Below are positions 10,002 through 17,687 of a stretch of DNA of 64,000 bases, one piece after another. The number at the start of each line of letters is the position of its first letter. The stretch's first letter is position 1. The position numbers were made by a program, and so were the translations under genes. Under the pieces are notes generated by a model that searched no databases, was not told where the DNA came from, and saw only the letters and a program-made list of their open reading frames with translations. This DNA is from Gemmatimonadota bacterium (lineage in GTDB: Bacteria > Gemmatimonadota > Gemmatimonadetes > Gemmatimonadales > GWC2-71-9), in contig JBDHJR010000015.1 of assembly GCA_039586815.1 (NCBI GenBank), positions 2,367-66,366 on the forward strand, given 5' to 3'.

Positions 10002-10294
10002 CGGCGCTGCTCCTCCATCGACACCTGTTCCTCGAGGAATCGCAGGCGTCCGATCAGGTCGTTCACTCGCGTGCGCGCGGCATCGAGCCGCTTGGTGAGC
10101 GCCTCGTTGTCTCCCTCCAACTCGAGGATCCGCTCACGATTGGCCACAGCGTCGTAGTCGGCTCCCATCTGCTCCCGCTCGCCCTCCGCCTTGAGGGCGC
10201 GGCGGCGCCACGCGGACAACTCCCCCGTGAGGTCGTCGAGGACCCGCTGCAGCGCTTCGAGCGCTGCGAGGTCAGGCCTGTCGTCGTTCGACAC
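9998..10294 (-). CDS. Small coiled-coil protein upstream of zapA (ZapB-like by architecture only)
   Basis: 98 aa if it starts at GTG 10294. Heptad-rich sequence (LEALQRVLDDLTGELSAWRRRALKAEGERE...LEGDNEALTKRLDAARTRVNDLIGRLRFLEEQV). The longer ORF-track N-terminus overlaps pheT and was discarded. Confidence 0.45.
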   Translation of the reverse strand: MSNDDRPDLAALEALQRVLDDLTGELSAWRRRALKAEGEREQMGADYDAVANRERILELEGDNEALTKRLDAARTRVNDLIGRLRFLEEQVSMEEQRR

Positions 10295-12629
10295 CCAGCC
10301 GCTCCTTGAGCGCTGCGAGCACGGCTCCCAGCGCCTCGTCCGCTTCCCGATCCCGCAGCGTCCGATCGGGAGCCCTGAACACCAACCGCCACGCCACGCT
10401 GCGTCCCGCCAGCTCATCGCCGCGGTACTCGTCGAACACCCGCGTCACAACCAGCAGTGCCCCCCCCACCTCTCCCATCACGCTCTCCACTGCCGCCGCC
10501 GATACGCCTTCCGGCAGCACGAGCGCCACGTCGCGTTCGACCGGTGGCGTCGTCGGCAGAGCACGATGTTGGGCGTGGGGCCGATCCCACACTACCACAT
10601 CCACCTCGAAGCCGTACAGTTGGGCGGCCCATGGCGGACGATCCGCTTCCAGTGCACCGGCCCAGCCGCGGCGTGCACCGTCCTCATCCAGCAGCTCCCA
10701 CCCGCCGTCCGTTTCGACGACGACTCCTTCAGGCCCCGCCACACGGACGGCTTCCTCAAACATAGCCTTCACGTCCCAGGCGTCGTAATCGGGCGCCTTT
10801 CCTTGCGTCGTCCAGTGCGGGGGCGTGCGTTCCCCCGAGATCACGCCGGCCAGGCGCTGCTCCTCCCGGGGACGAGGCTCGCCCGCTTCGTGGAACACCC
10901 GGCCGGTCTCGAACAACCGCACGTCGCGCTCGCGAACCGCCCAATTGCGCTCGGCCGAGCGCACCAGGCCGCCCAGCAGGTCGGCACGCAGATAGGCGTC
11001 CTCCGCTGACAACGGGTTGAGCACGCGCCGTGCCTCATCGCCCCCCACACTGGTGAGAGAGAGCGACCGCGCCTCGTTCAGGCCCATTCCCGTCATGACG
11101 CGTCGGATCGTGGCCCTGAGTGGCTCGATGGGATCGTCGGGCACCACGCTTACGCGGAATGGCAGCAGCTCCGTGGGGAAGGTGCCGTAACCCCTCACCC
11201 GGGCAACTTCCTCGATCAGGTCGATCTCGCGGGCCACGTCGGGCCGCCAGCCCGGCACCTGCACGTGCAGCTTCGCGCCCTTGGGCGCCACGGGGAAGCC
11301 GAGGCCAACGAGGATCCGCTCGATTTCCTCACGCTCGATCGGCATGCCCAGGAGGTGCGTGACGCGCTCGGGCCTGACAGGCACGGTGCGCGCCTTGAAC
11401 GGTTTGGGATACACGTCGATCGCGGGCTCCGGCTCCGCCCCTCCCGCCACGGCGCGGATCAGCTGCACCGCTCGGCTCAGGGCGTCCGGCATGGCCTCGT
11501 AATCGGTACCGCGCTCGAAGCGGTACGAAGCCTCGGTGCTCATCTTGAGCGCCTGGCGCGTCTGGCGAATCCGCGGCGGGTCGAAGTAGGCGCACTCCAG
11601 CAACACGTCCGTGGTGGTCTCCGACACCTCCGACTCGGCTCCGCCCATGACGCCGCCGATTGCCGTCGCGCCGGAGCCGTCGCAGATCATCGTCATCTCG
11701 GGAGTCAGCTCGCGCTGCTCGCCGTCGAGCGTGGTCATCCCTTCCCCGGGCGCGGCGCGCCGCACCACGATCTTGTCACCCCGCACCTTGGCCAGGTCGA
11801 ACGCGTGCATCGGCTGGTTCAGCTCGTATAGCACGTAGTTCGTGGCGTCCACCACGTTGTTGATGGGCCGGGCTCCTATGGCCCGCAAGCGCGCCTCCAG
11901 CCAGGTAGGCGATGGCCCGACCTCCACTCCACGGATCACCGCGGCCATGTATCGCGGACAGCCCTCGATGTCCTCGATGATCACGTCGACGCCCCCCACC
12001 GAGCCCTTCTTCTTGACACGGCGCGACGCTCCGCCGTCGTCGCCCGGCGCATCGGGGATCGCCGGCAGCTTTACCGGCACGCCGTATGCGACGCCCAGCT
12101 CTCGTGCCACTCCCTTGTGGCACAGCAGGTCGGGCCGGTTGGCCGTGACCTCGAGATCGAGCCGCGTGTCCTCCAGCGGCAGGGCGTCGAGCAGGCGCGT
12201 CCCGGGGGCCGCGTCGGTGCGGATCTCCATGATCCCCTCGTGCTCCGTACCCAACTCCAGCTCGCGCGCCGAGCACAGCATGCCGTGCGACACGACACCC
12301 CGGATCTTGCGCGCCTCGAGCTTCAGCCCGCCCGGCAGCACGGTGCCCTCGGGAGCGTAGGGGTACTTGGAACCCTGCTTCACAACCGGCGCGCCGCACA
12401 CTACCTCGACCACCTCGCGCCCGTTGTTAACGTGACACAGGGTCAGCCGGTCGGCGTTTGGGTGCTTCTCGGCCCGCTCCACCAGCCCGACGACCACGCC
12501 TTCGAGCAGCGGGCGCACGTCCTCCGCAGCCTCCACCGGCGCGCCGAGCATGGCGAGCCGCTGGGCCACGTCGTCGGCGGCGAGATCGCGCCCCAGCAGT
12601 GCCGAGAGCCAGTTGAGCGAGACGATCAT
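10272..12629 (-). CDS. pheT: Phenylalanine--tRNA ligase beta subunit
   Basis: Typical MIVSLNWL N-terminus, tRNA-binding OB domain, B3/4, B5 and C-terminal FDX-ACB regions. ATG at 12629 lies 2 nt after the pheS stop. The upstream part of the 866-aa ORF overlaps pheS. Confidence 0.95.
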   Translation of the reverse strand: MIVSLNWLSALLGRDLAADDVAQRLAMLGAPVEAAEDVRPLLEGVVVGLVERAEKHPNADRLTLCHVNNGREVVEVVCGAPVVKQGSKYPYAPEGTVLPGGLKLEARKIRGVVSHGMLCSARELELGTEHEGIMEIRTDAAPGTRLLDALPLEDTRLDLEVTANRPDLLCHKGVARELGVAYGVPVKLPAIPDAPGDDGGASRRVKKKGSVGGVDVIIEDIEGCPRYMAAVIRGVEVGPSPTWLEARLRAIGARPINNVVDATNYVLYELNQPMHAFDLAKVRGDKIVVRRAAPGEGMTTLDGEQRELTPEMTMICDGSGATAIGGVMGGAESEVSETTTDVLLECAYFDPPRIRQTRQALKMSTEASYRFERGTDYEAMPDALSRAVQLIRAVAGGAEPEPAIDVYPKPFKARTVPVRPERVTHLLGMPIEREEIERILVGLGFPVAPKGAKLHVQVPGWRPDVAREIDLIEEVARVRGYGTFPTELLPFRVSVVPDDPIEPLRATIRRVMTGMGLNEARSLSLTSVGGDEARRVLNPLSAEDAYLRADLLGGLVRSAERNWAVRERDVRLFETGRVFHEAGEPRPREEQRLAGVISGERTPPHWTTQGKAPDYDAWDVKAMFEEAVRVAGPEGVVVETDGGWELLDEDGARRGWAGALEADRPPWAAQLYGFEVDVVVWDRPHAQHRALPTTPPVERDVALVLPEGVSAAAVESVMGEVGGALLVVTRVFDEYRGDELAGRSVAWRLVFRAPDRTLRDREADEALGAVLAALKERLGVERRQA

Positions 12630-12631
12630 CG

Positions 12632-13660
12632 CTACTCCGCGAACTGCGAGAGGAACCGCATGTCGCTCTCCCACAGTAGCCGAATGTCGGGGATACCGTG
12701 CCGCAGCATGGCGATGCGCTCCGCGCCCATGCCGAACGCGTACCCGGTGTACCGCTCGGAGTCGATTCCGCAGTTCTCGAACACGGCGGGGTGCACCATG
12801 CCCGCTCCCATGATCTCGAGCCAGCCGGTCTGCTTGCAGGTGGAGCAGCCGCTTCCCTTGCACATTTGGCACTGCGCGTCGACCTCGGCCGACGGCTCGG
12901 TGAACGGGAAGAACGAGGGTCGGAAGCGCACCTCGGTGTCGCGACTGAAGAACAGCTTCACGAAGGTGTCGATCGCCGCCTTGAAATCCACGAAGCTGAT
13001 GCCCTCGTCAACCGCCAGCCCCTCGATCTGCTCGAACACGGGTGAGTGGGACGGGTCGAACGCGTCGCGCCGGTACACCCGCCCCGGGACCACGATCCGA
13101 ATCGGCGGTTGGTATTGCTCCATCACGCGCGCCTGCATGGGCGATGTGTGGGTGCGCAACAGCACGCCGGGTCCGAGGTAGAACGTGTCGTGCTCGTCCG
13201 CCGCGGGATGGTCCAGCCCAATGTTCAGTTTGGTGAAGTTGTAGTCCTCGGTCTCGGCCTCGGGACCGGTCACCCGCGTGAAGCCGAGCGTGCGAAAGAC
13301 CTCGCAGATCTCGTCGACCACGGCGCTAACGGGATGAATGGCACCGCGCCACACCGGCCGGCCCGGCATGGTACGGTCCAGCGCCTTGGGCTCCCGGGCC
13401 TCCTGCTCGAGGGCGCGCTCCCGGCGTGCGATCGCCTCCTCGAGCTGATTCTTGAGCTGGTTGGCGCGTGCGCCGACGGCGCGGCGCTCCTCGGCGGGGA
13501 TCCCCGCCAGCGAGCGGAGGATGAGCGTGAGCGTACCGGCCTTGCGGCCGAGAATCTCGGTCTTGAGCTCGGCGAGCGTTGCTGCGTCGGCCGTGGACGC
13601 CCGGTCCACGGCTCGGGCGACGCTCTCGAGCTGTTCCTGATGGGTGGCGGAGGGTGGCAT
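12632..13660 (-). CDS. pheS: Phenylalanine--tRNA ligase alpha subunit
   Basis: Class II aaRS motifs FRPSFFPFTEPS, GAGMVHP and GYAFGMGAERIAMLRHG. ATG at 13660. Confidence 0.95.
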   Translation of the reverse strand: MPPSATHQEQLESVARAVDRASTADAATLAELKTEILGRKAGTLTLILRSLAGIPAEERRAVGARANQLKNQLEEAIARRERALEQEAREPKALDRTMPGRPVWRGAIHPVSAVVDEICEVFRTLGFTRVTGPEAETEDYNFTKLNIGLDHPAADEHDTFYLGPGVLLRTHTSPMQARVMEQYQPPIRIVVPGRVYRRDAFDPSHSPVFEQIEGLAVDEGISFVDFKAAIDTFVKLFFSRDTEVRFRPSFFPFTEPSAEVDAQCQMCKGSGCSTCKQTGWLEIMGAGMVHPAVFENCGIDSERYTGYAFGMGAERIAMLRHGIPDIRLLWESDMRFLSQFAE

Positions 13661-13673
13661 CGGTGGCAGGCCC

Positions 13674-14027
13674 CTAGAGGCTCTTCTTCGCCACCTCCGC
13701 CAACTCACCGAAGGCGGCCGGGTCCCTCACCGCCAGATCGGCCAGCACCTTTCGGTTGATCTCCACCCCGGCCTTCTTCAGACCCGACATGAAGCGGCTG
13801 TACGACAGGTCGTGCGTGCGCGCCGCGGCGTTGATCCGCACGATCCACAGGCGGCGGAAGTCGCGCTTCTTCTGGCGCCGGTCGCGGTACGCATAGCGCA
13901 GACCGCGCTCGACGTTCTCCTTCGCGGACTTGTACAGTTTGCTGCGCCCGCCGCGCGCGCCCTTGGCCTCGCGCATGATCTTCTTCTTGCGCTTGAGGCG
14001 GGCGACGTTACTCCGGACTCTCGGCAT
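13674..14027 (-). CDS. rplT: 50S ribosomal protein L20
   Basis: 117 aa. [17 protein letters not shown]...[22 protein letters not shown]. Confidence 0.97.
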   Translation of the reverse strand: MPRVRSNVARLKRKKKIMREAKGARGGRSKLYKSAKENVERGLRYAYRDRRQKKRDFRRLWIVRINAAARTHDLSYSRFMSGLKKAGVEINRKVLADLAVRDPAAFGELAEVAKKSL

Positions 14028-14036
14028 CGCTCTCTC

Positions 14037-14231
14037 CTATCCCTGCAGCAGGCGCTTGATGCGGCGCTCTTCCTGGCTCGAGACCAACGTGGCCTGGCGC
14101 AGGCGCCGCTTCCGCTTGGGATGCTTCTTCGTGAGAATGTGGCTCTTGAACGCCCGGCGCCGCTTCACCTTGCCCTTCCCGGTGAGCTTGAAGCGCTTCG
14201 CCGCGCCGCGTTTGGTCTTCATCTTCGGCAT
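14037..14231 (-). CDS. rpmI: 50S ribosomal protein L35
   Basis: 64 aa. [36 protein letters not shown]. Confidence 0.96.
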   Translation of the reverse strand: MPKMKTKRGAAKRFKLTGKGKVKRRRAFKSHILTKKHPKRKRRLRQATLVSSQEERRIKRLLQG

Positions 14232-14322
14232 CGTGCTTCCGTCCTGTGTCCGTCGGCTGCCGGACGGCAGTTCCGCCGGCGGTCGGGTTTCCTCGGTTTC
14301 AGTACTGCGTTCCAGAGCCCGC

Positions 14323-14844
14323 TTACTTGGGCGCCAGCACCATCGTCATGTTGCGGCCTTCCAGCTTGGGCGTCATCTCGATCTTGGCAACGTCCTCTAC
14401 GGCCGCATAAACCCGGTCGAGCACTTCCTTTCCCAACTCGGGATGTGTCACCTGCCGGCCGCGGAACATCATGGTCAGCTTCACCTTGTTCCCCTCTTCG
14501 AGGAAGGTCCGCGCGTGACGCGTCTTGAACTCGAAGTCGTGCTCACTGATCCCGGGCCGGTACTTCACCTCTTTGACCTGGATGTTGTGCTGCTTCTTCC
14601 TCGCCGCTCGGGCTGCCTTCGCCTGTTCGAAGCGGTACTTCCCGTAGTCCATGATCTTCACCACGGGCGGTCGGGCCGTAGCGGCCACCTCGACGAGGTC
14701 CAGCCCGGCTTCGCGGGCTGCTCTTTGTGCATCCTCGACGGGCACCACACCTACCTGCTCCCCATTGGCTCCGATCAGCCGCACCGGACTGATCCGGATC
14801 TGCTGGTTGACCCGTACCTTCGATCTGTCGTCGTGCGAGGTCAG
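14323..14844 (-). CDS. infC: Translation initiation factor IF-3, probable non-canonical CUG start
   Basis: The conserved IF-3 N-terminal block [24 protein letters not shown] extends upstream of the ORF-track GTG at 14784. Between the in-frame TAA (14859-14857) and that block there is no ATG/GTG/TTG, only CTG at 14844-14842. This CTG lies 6 nt after the SD AAGGAGGA (14858-14851). Confidence 0.85.
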   Translation of the reverse strand: MTSHDDRSKVRVNQQIRISPVRLIGANGEQVGVVPVEDAQRAAREAGLDLVEVAATARPPVVKIMDYGKYRFEQAKAARAARKKQHNIQVKEVKYRPGISEHDFEFKTRHARTFLEEGNKVKLTMMFRGRQVTHPELGKEVLDRVYAAVEDVAKIEMTPKLEGRNMTMVLAPK

Positions 14845-14871
14845 TGACGCTCCTCCTTAGCTTGAGGCCAA

Positions 14872-14942
14872 CAAAAAAGCGGATCCGAGCCCTCCGGAGT
14901 CCGCACGGCACCGGAGAAATTGCCTCCCCCGGTGCTCGGATC
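14872..14942 (-). terminator. Structured element ending in U6: either an intrinsic terminator of the upstream operon or an attenuator-type leader of infC-rpmI-rplT
   Basis: Minus-strand RNA: GAUCCGAGC-(43 nt with inner hairpins)-GCUCGGAUC-CGC-UUUUUU. A local hairpin GCGGA...UCCGC abuts the U-run and competes with the 9-bp outer stem. The element sits about 14 nt upstream of the infC SD. Confidence 0.45.
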
Positions 14943-15029
14943 GGAACCCTAGACGCGCGTCCGGCAGCAGACCGGCGGCAGGAGGGTGAAGCGCGTGTGC
15001 GCTTGCTTACCGTATTGTGAGGGCGGAAC

Positions 15030-15965
15030 TTACGCCCGCCCCGGGGGAGTGTCAAGCGGCTGATAACCGTAGGATCTCCCCTGCCGAACCACCCGTCCCA
15101 GGCCTCGCTCGGCGTCGTGCTCGAACACGAGCACCCAGCCGCCGGCCTCAGCACGCTGCAGCAGCTCCCGCTTCGTCTCCAGCGTGACCAGCGGCTCCAG
15201 ATCGTATCCCATGATCCAGGGCAGCGGCAGGTGGGCCGCCGTGGGCACCAGATCCCCCAGGAAGCACGCGGTCTCACCAGCGCTCTCCACCAGGACCGAC
15301 TGGTGTCCCGGCACATGTCCCGGAGTGGGCAGCACGTGGATGCCCGGCAGCAGCTCGGCCTCACCCCGCACCGTCTGCCAGCGCCCCGCCTCTGAAACCG
15401 GCTGGAAGTTGGGCGCAAGGTAACTGGCCGCGATGCGCTCGTTGCGGCGGCCCGCGAACTCCAGCTCCCGCTCCTGCACCACGTAGGTGGCATTGGGGAA
15501 CGCAATCAGCGTCTCGGGCTCGGCCCCTTCCCGCCGCATGGACCCTTCACCCTTCCCACTTCCCCCTTCCCATTCGACATACGTATTCCCCCCGGCGTGG
15601 TCGAAATGCAGGTGGGTGTTGATCACGTAACGGATGTCGCCGGCCGTGTACCCTGCCTCTGCAAGCGCGTCGTCGAGGCGCGTGGGACCGCGCCGGCCCG
15701 CGTTCTCCACCCCGTAGATGTCGAGGAACTTGTCGGCCTCCTTGTTTCCCAATCCGGTGTCGACCAGCACCGGCCCTACGTCGTGCTCGATCAAGAGGCA
15801 GCGCATGCAAAGGGGAATGCGGTTGCGCTCGTCGGGGGCGATGCGCTTTTCCCACAACGGCTTGGGCACCACGCCGAACATCGCTCCCCCGTCGAGCCGC
15901 TGCAGCCCTGCGTCCAGCGTGTGGCAGGTGAGGCCGCCGACGCGAAACGTCGTGACCAGGCTCAT
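15030..15965 (-). CDS. MBL-fold metallo-hydrolase
   Basis: 311 aa. HxHxDH motif (THLHFDHAGG) and downstream His/Asp ligands (PTPGHVPGH). ATGA overlap with the upstream exonuclease gene. Confidence 0.85.
   Translation of the reverse strand: MSLVTTFRVGGLTCHTLDAGLQRLDGGAMFGVVPKPLWEKRIAPDERNRIPLCMRCLLIEHDVGPVLVDTGLGNKEADKFLDIYGVENAGRRGPTRLDDALAEAGYTAGDIRYVINTHLHFDHAGGNTYVEWEGGSGKGEGSMRREGAEPETLIAFPNATYVVQERELEFAGRRNERIAASYLAPNFQPVSEAGRWQTVRGEAELLPGIHVLPTPGHVPGHQSVLVESAGETACFLGDLVPTAAHLPLPWIMGYDLEPLVTLETKRELLQRAEAGGWVLVFEHDAERGLGRVVRQGRSYGYQPLDTPPGRA
15543..15571 (-). repeat. Heptad G3-tract array GGGAAGG-GGGAAGT-GGGAAGG-GTGAAGG-G (minus strand), in frame in the MBL hydrolase
   Basis: Read directly. 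Encodes EGGSGKGEG within ...VEWEGGSGKGEGSM.... Five G3+ runs with 2-4 nt loops. Confidence 0.8.
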
Positions 15966-16825
15966 GCTTCTTCCACCGGGGTGGGCAGCGCGCTCTTCCT
16001 GCGCCGGCCGCGCCGTCCCAGATGCACCAGGTCGGTGAGCGTCTCGGCTCCCCGTTCCTCGGCGCGCGCCAGCAGGTGCTTGAGGATCTGGGCCGTAGCC
16101 ACCGCATCCCCGCGGGCGCGGTGCCGCCCCTCGATCTCGACGCCGAGGAATGCCGCCACGCTGTCCAGCCCGCGCGAGCGCAAACCGGGTAGCAGCCTAC
16201 GCGCCAGGCGCACCGTGCAGAGCCGCGCTCCCTCGAGATCCAGATCGCGGGCGCGGCGCATCTCGCTCGACAGGAACCCCCAATCGAACGGCGCGTTGTG
16301 GGCCACGAACACGCGACCGGCCAACGACGCCAACACGTCGTCGGCTATCTCGTCGAAGGTGGGCTGGTCCTGCACCATGTCATTGGTTATGCGCGTGAGC
16401 GATTGAACGAAGCTCGGAATGGGCCGCTCCGGGTTGATGAGCGTCTCGAACGCGACGTTCACTTCCCCGCCCGAGAGCGTGACGACGGCCAGCTCGGTGA
16501 CCCGGTCTCCCCGGCTGAAACGCGTCCCCGTGGTCTCGACGTCCACCACCGCGAACGTGCACGAGGCCAGCCGCGGGGACCCGTCGGCCCGCGCCGCCAG
16601 CGCCCAGCGTCCGTCGTGCAGCTGGTGCACCCGCGGATCGGACCCCAGCAGGGCCACCATCACGCGCTCGGCGATCGCCCTGGTCGCGCGCGCCAGACCG
16701 AGCACCTCACGCGCGAGCGTCAGGCTATCGGCGGCGTCGTCCCTGAGGCGCCGCAGCGCGCGATCGACCAACGTGCCGCGCGGCGCCGCCCGTACACCCC
16801 GACTGCTCGAACTCATGCTGCGCAA
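15962..16825 (-). CDS. DEDDh 3'-5' exonuclease (DnaQ/epsilon-like) with an N-terminal extension of about 95 aa
   Basis: Exo motifs VVDVETTG, HNAPFDWGFL and HRARGDAVATAQIL. The N-terminal region was not recognised. Confidence 0.8.
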   Translation of the reverse strand: MRSMSSSSRGVRAAPRGTLVDRALRRLRDDAADSLTLAREVLGLARATRAIAERVMVALLGSDPRVHQLHDGRWALAARADGSPRLASCTFAVVDVETTGTRFSRGDRVTELAVVTLSGGEVNVAFETLINPERPIPSFVQSLTRITNDMVQDQPTFDEIADDVLASLAGRVFVAHNAPFDWGFLSSEMRRARDLDLEGARLCTVRLARRLLPGLRSRGLDSVAAFLGVEIEGRHRARGDAVATAQILKHLLARAEERGAETLTDLVHLGRRGRRRKSALPTPVEEA

Positions 16826-16850
16826 TCTAAGTGGGAGCGGGCTCCAGGGC

Positions 16851-17687
16851 TCAACGTCCCAGCTCCCGAAACAGGCGCACGATCGTCGCTACTGGGAGCG
16901 TCTCGCCCCGGGCCTTCGGGTCGACGCCCGCGTCTGCTAGGCACGCCCGCACCCGATCCCGCTCGCTCTCGGTGACTGCGGACAGCGCGCCCAGGAGCTG
17001 CTTGCGGCGGCGTCCAAAGAGCGCTGCCACGAATCGCCTGAACGCTGCCTGGTCAGCCTCGGCCACCAGGGGCTCGCCGAGCGGCACCAGCCGCACGACA
17101 GCCGAGTTCACCTTGGGCGGCGGCCGAAAGGCACCGGCCGGGACGTCGAACAGCCGCTCGACCCGAGCCACGGCCTGCACGCCCACCGATAGTGCGCCGT
17201 AGGTCTTGCCCCCGGGGGCCGCGGCAAGACGGTCGGCCACCTCGCGCTGCACGAGGAACACCACCACTTCGGGGGGTGCGGGGTCGAGGGCCTTGTCGAT
17301 CAGTGGGGTGGTGATGGAGTAGGGGATGTTGCCCGTCACCTTCCACCCTGCCCCCCCACCACCGCTTCCCTCGCGTTCCATCGCTGCAACGACCTCGTGC
17401 CAGTCCAACTCGAGCGCATCCCCCTCGATCACGGTCACGTTCCCCGGCATCGGAGTGAACGCTTCCCGCTTCCCCCTTCCCTCTTCCCCTCTCAGGACCG
17501 CCGCCAACCGCGGATCCCTCTCGACTGCGATCACCCGCCCCGCCCGCGCGGCCAACGTGCGCGTCAGAGTGCCCCTACCCGCCCCGATCTCGAGAACCAC
17601 ATCGTCGGGCTGCGGGTCGAGGGTATCCACGATCCGTTCCAGTATCGAGGGATCGAACAGGAAGTGCTGGCCGAGGCGACGGCCCAC
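16851..17687 (-). CDS. rsmA: 16S rRNA (adenine1518/1519-N6)-dimethyltransferase
   Basis: 278 aa. LGQHFL, VLEIGAGRGTLT, GNIPYSITTPL. GTG start abuts the stop of the phosphatase gene. Confidence 0.93.
   Translation of the reverse strand: MGRRLGQHFLFDPSILERIVDTLDPQPDDVVLEIGAGRGTLTRTLAARAGRVIAVERDPRLAAVLRGEEGRGKREAFTPMPGNVTVIEGDALELDWHEVVAAMEREGSGGGGAGWKVTGNIPYSITTPLIDKALDPAPPEVVVFLVQREVADRLAAAPGGKTYGALSVGVQAVARVERLFDVPAGAFRPPPKVNSAVVRLVPLGEPLVAEADQAAFRRFVAALFGRRRKQLLGALSAVTESERDRVRACLADAGVDPKARGETLPVATIVRLFRELGR
17460..17494 (-). repeat. Heptad G3-tract array GAGAGGG-GAAGAGG-GAAGGGG-GAAGCGG-GAAGCG (minus strand), in frame in rsmA
   Basis: Read directly. Encodes RGEEGRGKREA. It shares the 15-mer GGGAAGCGGGAAGCG with the array at 62166-62195. 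Confidence 0.8.
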
